A DNA stretch of 64,000 bases, from NCBI RefSeq assembly GCF_052425735.1, contig NC_135771.1:4092001-4156000 (forward strand), in the 5' to 3' direction. Origin of the DNA: Oculina patagonica. Lineage: Eukaryota. Every line of letters begins with the position of its first letter. The first letter of the stretch is position 1. Below the pieces are notes generated by a model. That model did not search any database. It was given only the letters and a program-made list of their open reading frames with translations, and was not told the DNA's origin. This document shows positions 61,466 through 64,000 of the stretch, piece after piece. The translations under genes were made by a program, and so were the position numbers.

Positions 61466-61820
61466 GAAAAAAAAAAATGTCCAAGCAGGACAAGAGGTCA
61501 GTCATTTATGATTGTTTTTTTAATTGTTAGCAGATACGTTATTAACATTTTCTACCATTTTGTTTTTTTTCCAGATTCTGCATTAAATATAAAATTATAC
61601 GCCCATAACAGACAGTAGCCTAGCTGACGCAGCTCTTCGTTTTACCAAAGAGCCACCTAAGAGCTAGGCTCGATTTCCAGCTGCTTTTCAGGAAAATGAA
61701 CCCATTCTCTTCCTCCCAAAACCACAAAGACCGGACTTGAGAAGGTGGCGGGAAAGAGAGAACTTTCAGCTTAAACAAAATAAGAAACTATTTCCAAAGT
61801 TATACTTTGTACCGACTATA

Positions 61821-62726
61821 TAACCTGCGAGCAGGCTCACCTGCGGGTTACTTGCGCAAATGACAAAGCTGAGGCCCTGTTAGGGTAAATTCTGACGGGC
61901 GACATGGCTCTGAAACGGTGACATGAAGGAGCTGAAATGACGACAAACGACGAGATGTTCCCATGAAATTATGACAGCGATAAAGAAAAAAGCAAATTTG
62001 GCGCTTTTTAAGCATCTTGTAGGCAAAATAGCCTCTGCAGATTTACCCTTTTATGTTCCCAGCTTGCACTTTGTAACTGAAATTCCATTCTCATGCATTG
62101 AGTGAAATGCAATCTTAGGCTCAGTTCATTTTGAAGTAGAAAATTGCTGCTTAAGTTCAGTAACTTCATAATGATCTATCTTTCTCAATATAGTTCGCTC
62201 CATGTTCTCTTTGTACCCGCTCAGAATAAAGGAAAACACGTCTCAGGTATGTGAGTATTTTTAAATTTTCTGGGGACGTATTCCCCCAGACCCTCCTAGG
62301 AAGGCGTCCCTTCGGCATCACAATAAACTGCTACGCTGTCCAAAATCAGAGTCAAAATCTCATCTTTGCCAACAAATCAACTTGAGAGATCCAAGAATAG
62401 GGAATATTTTGCCGATAGAGTTACGAGAACGCATTATTTTATGTTATGCATTCCGGACTCAAACATTTCCGATATTATTAGTGGCTATGGACGAATGTGA
62501 AATCCCGACAGCGCCATGTGAACCTTTTGAAATTGCTACGTGAAAAGGATTGAAATTCACACGGAAGACATAAAAACCAACCCCCCCCCCCTTAACAGGG
62601 TCTGAACGCTATAAGAATAAGTAAGGGAGTGAAGCAAGCTTGAAAAGGGAGTTTCTCACTGGCTTCGCGCCATTGTCAGCTTTGCCATTTGCTCATGTGA
62701 CCAAGGGTGAGCCTGCTTACAGGCTG
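61821..62726. mobile_element. Academ-like non-autonomous element
   Basis: TIR taacctgcgagcaggctcacc / ggtgagcctgcttacaggctg, related to the 29847 TIR; TSD degenerate. Confidence 0.55.
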
Positions 62727-63039
62727 CCACTTATAGAGAACCTACTCTAGTTATTTATTTTCCACAAGTCATAAAATGGGAAATATATTTTTAAATTATT
62801 AATGGTGGATAAAATTTAAGTGATAGTTACATGATTGTATATTTTTTATATCTTGGTATATATTAATAATGTATTATAAATTACAGTTCTATACTGTAAT
62901 TAATAGATATGGTACTAGTAGTCTGTAGTAGACTAGCTTGTAGTAATATATTTATATTGTTACCTGTAGTGGCCTTAACCCTATTCAGACCGGGCTTTTT
63001 TGGATCTTTTCAGACCGGGGGTGGGGGGCAAAGACTGAA

Positions 63040-63200
63040 GATTTAATGCCTAAGAACTGAGGTCTAATACCTAAGACCTAAGATCTATTAAAGATCTAAG
63101 ATCTAATACTCCTTCCGATCTCTAGAACTAAGACCTAAGACCCCCTCCAAATCTGTAGAACTAAGCCCTCCAAATCTCTAAAAATTAGACCTAAGATCCC
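63040..63200. repeat. Degenerate 7-bp tandem repeat (ctaagac/ctaagat)
   Basis: Directly visible. Confidence 0.7.
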
Positions 63201-64000
63201 CTCGGTCAACACTCGTAAAAACCTCCTTCGCGCACCGCTCACGATTTTTGCACTTGCCTTTAACTTTTCTTCTCGTTCTGGGCATGAAAAAGTGACATTT
63301 TAAACTAAACTAGAATCTGTCCTGGCTGAAAAATCCACCGGGCTTTTGACTCACACCGATGACTACGTTTTTCAAAGGTTAGACTGCAAAATGTAACTTT
63401 GACCAGACCAGATCATGACAATTTATGAACAAGAAAACAAGGTAATTTTTCACATCATTTTACTTCTTATTGCTACTTTTTTTGCGAAAAGGCCCAAAAA
63501 GAAAATGATTTGTACACTTTAAAAATCGCTCAAAACATTGGGAATGGAATCAAACAATGCGTGGCGAAGAATCATTTCTCATTTACCGAGTGTTTATCAG
63601 TTGCATTAACAATAAGGTACTGCTGGAGATTGTTGGGCTAAAATAGCCAGTGAACACCCGCCCACTCTCCGATTTTTCTTGAGGAGACCGGACGGATGTA
63701 CACTGCCCAGGCTAATAAACGGCACGCATCCAGAAGCGATGACGTTTCCCAAGGGGGTCGTAAAAATATTTCAGAAAATTTGTCAAAAAATTCACGTAAA
63801 TAAAAGTAGCTGACATTTTCTGTTTTCAATGATTGTTCTACTAAAGTTGCGTTACCTTGTAGCGTGACATCCGGTATACGTTAGCGGGCTTTCAGAAAGT
63901 CTACGTAATTGTTCACACAGGCCGACCATTCTAAAATTGTAGACGTGTCTGTTTACTGAATCTAATATAACTTATCAAATATATAATTTGGCTATTTCGC

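Overview
Intron-rich, AT-rich animal genomic DNA, most likely an anthozoan or stony coral (inferred from the repeat families, not proven). It holds five spliced protein genes: MKNK (Mnk kinase, -), SPTLC1 (-), ZRANB2 (+), an uncharacterised multi-pass membrane protein (-) and HYI (+). Three intronless stem-loop histone genes (H3, a frameshifted H1, H4) are dispersed singly between them. Genes form tight head-to-head pairs (MKNK/H3, SPTLC1/ZRANB2, membrane protein/HYI). Introns are packed with nested mobile DNA. The main elements are a 7.9-kb Sola3-type transposon with ~530-bp TIRs, a 5.4-kb ISL2EU-type relic holding a LINE, a Helentron-like element and MITEs, and a 3.1-kb non-coding TIR element with a 285-bp palindrome. 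Best leads: (1) a candidate second spliced gene and mirror-image E2F-like sites inside the Sola3 element; (2) shared regulatory motifs around the dispersed histone genes (variant stem-loop, candidate U7-pairing element, 29-bp upstream box); (3) the unannotated membrane protein next to an RFX-like box. Exon coordinates were read by eye and may be off by a few bases. No database searches were run.
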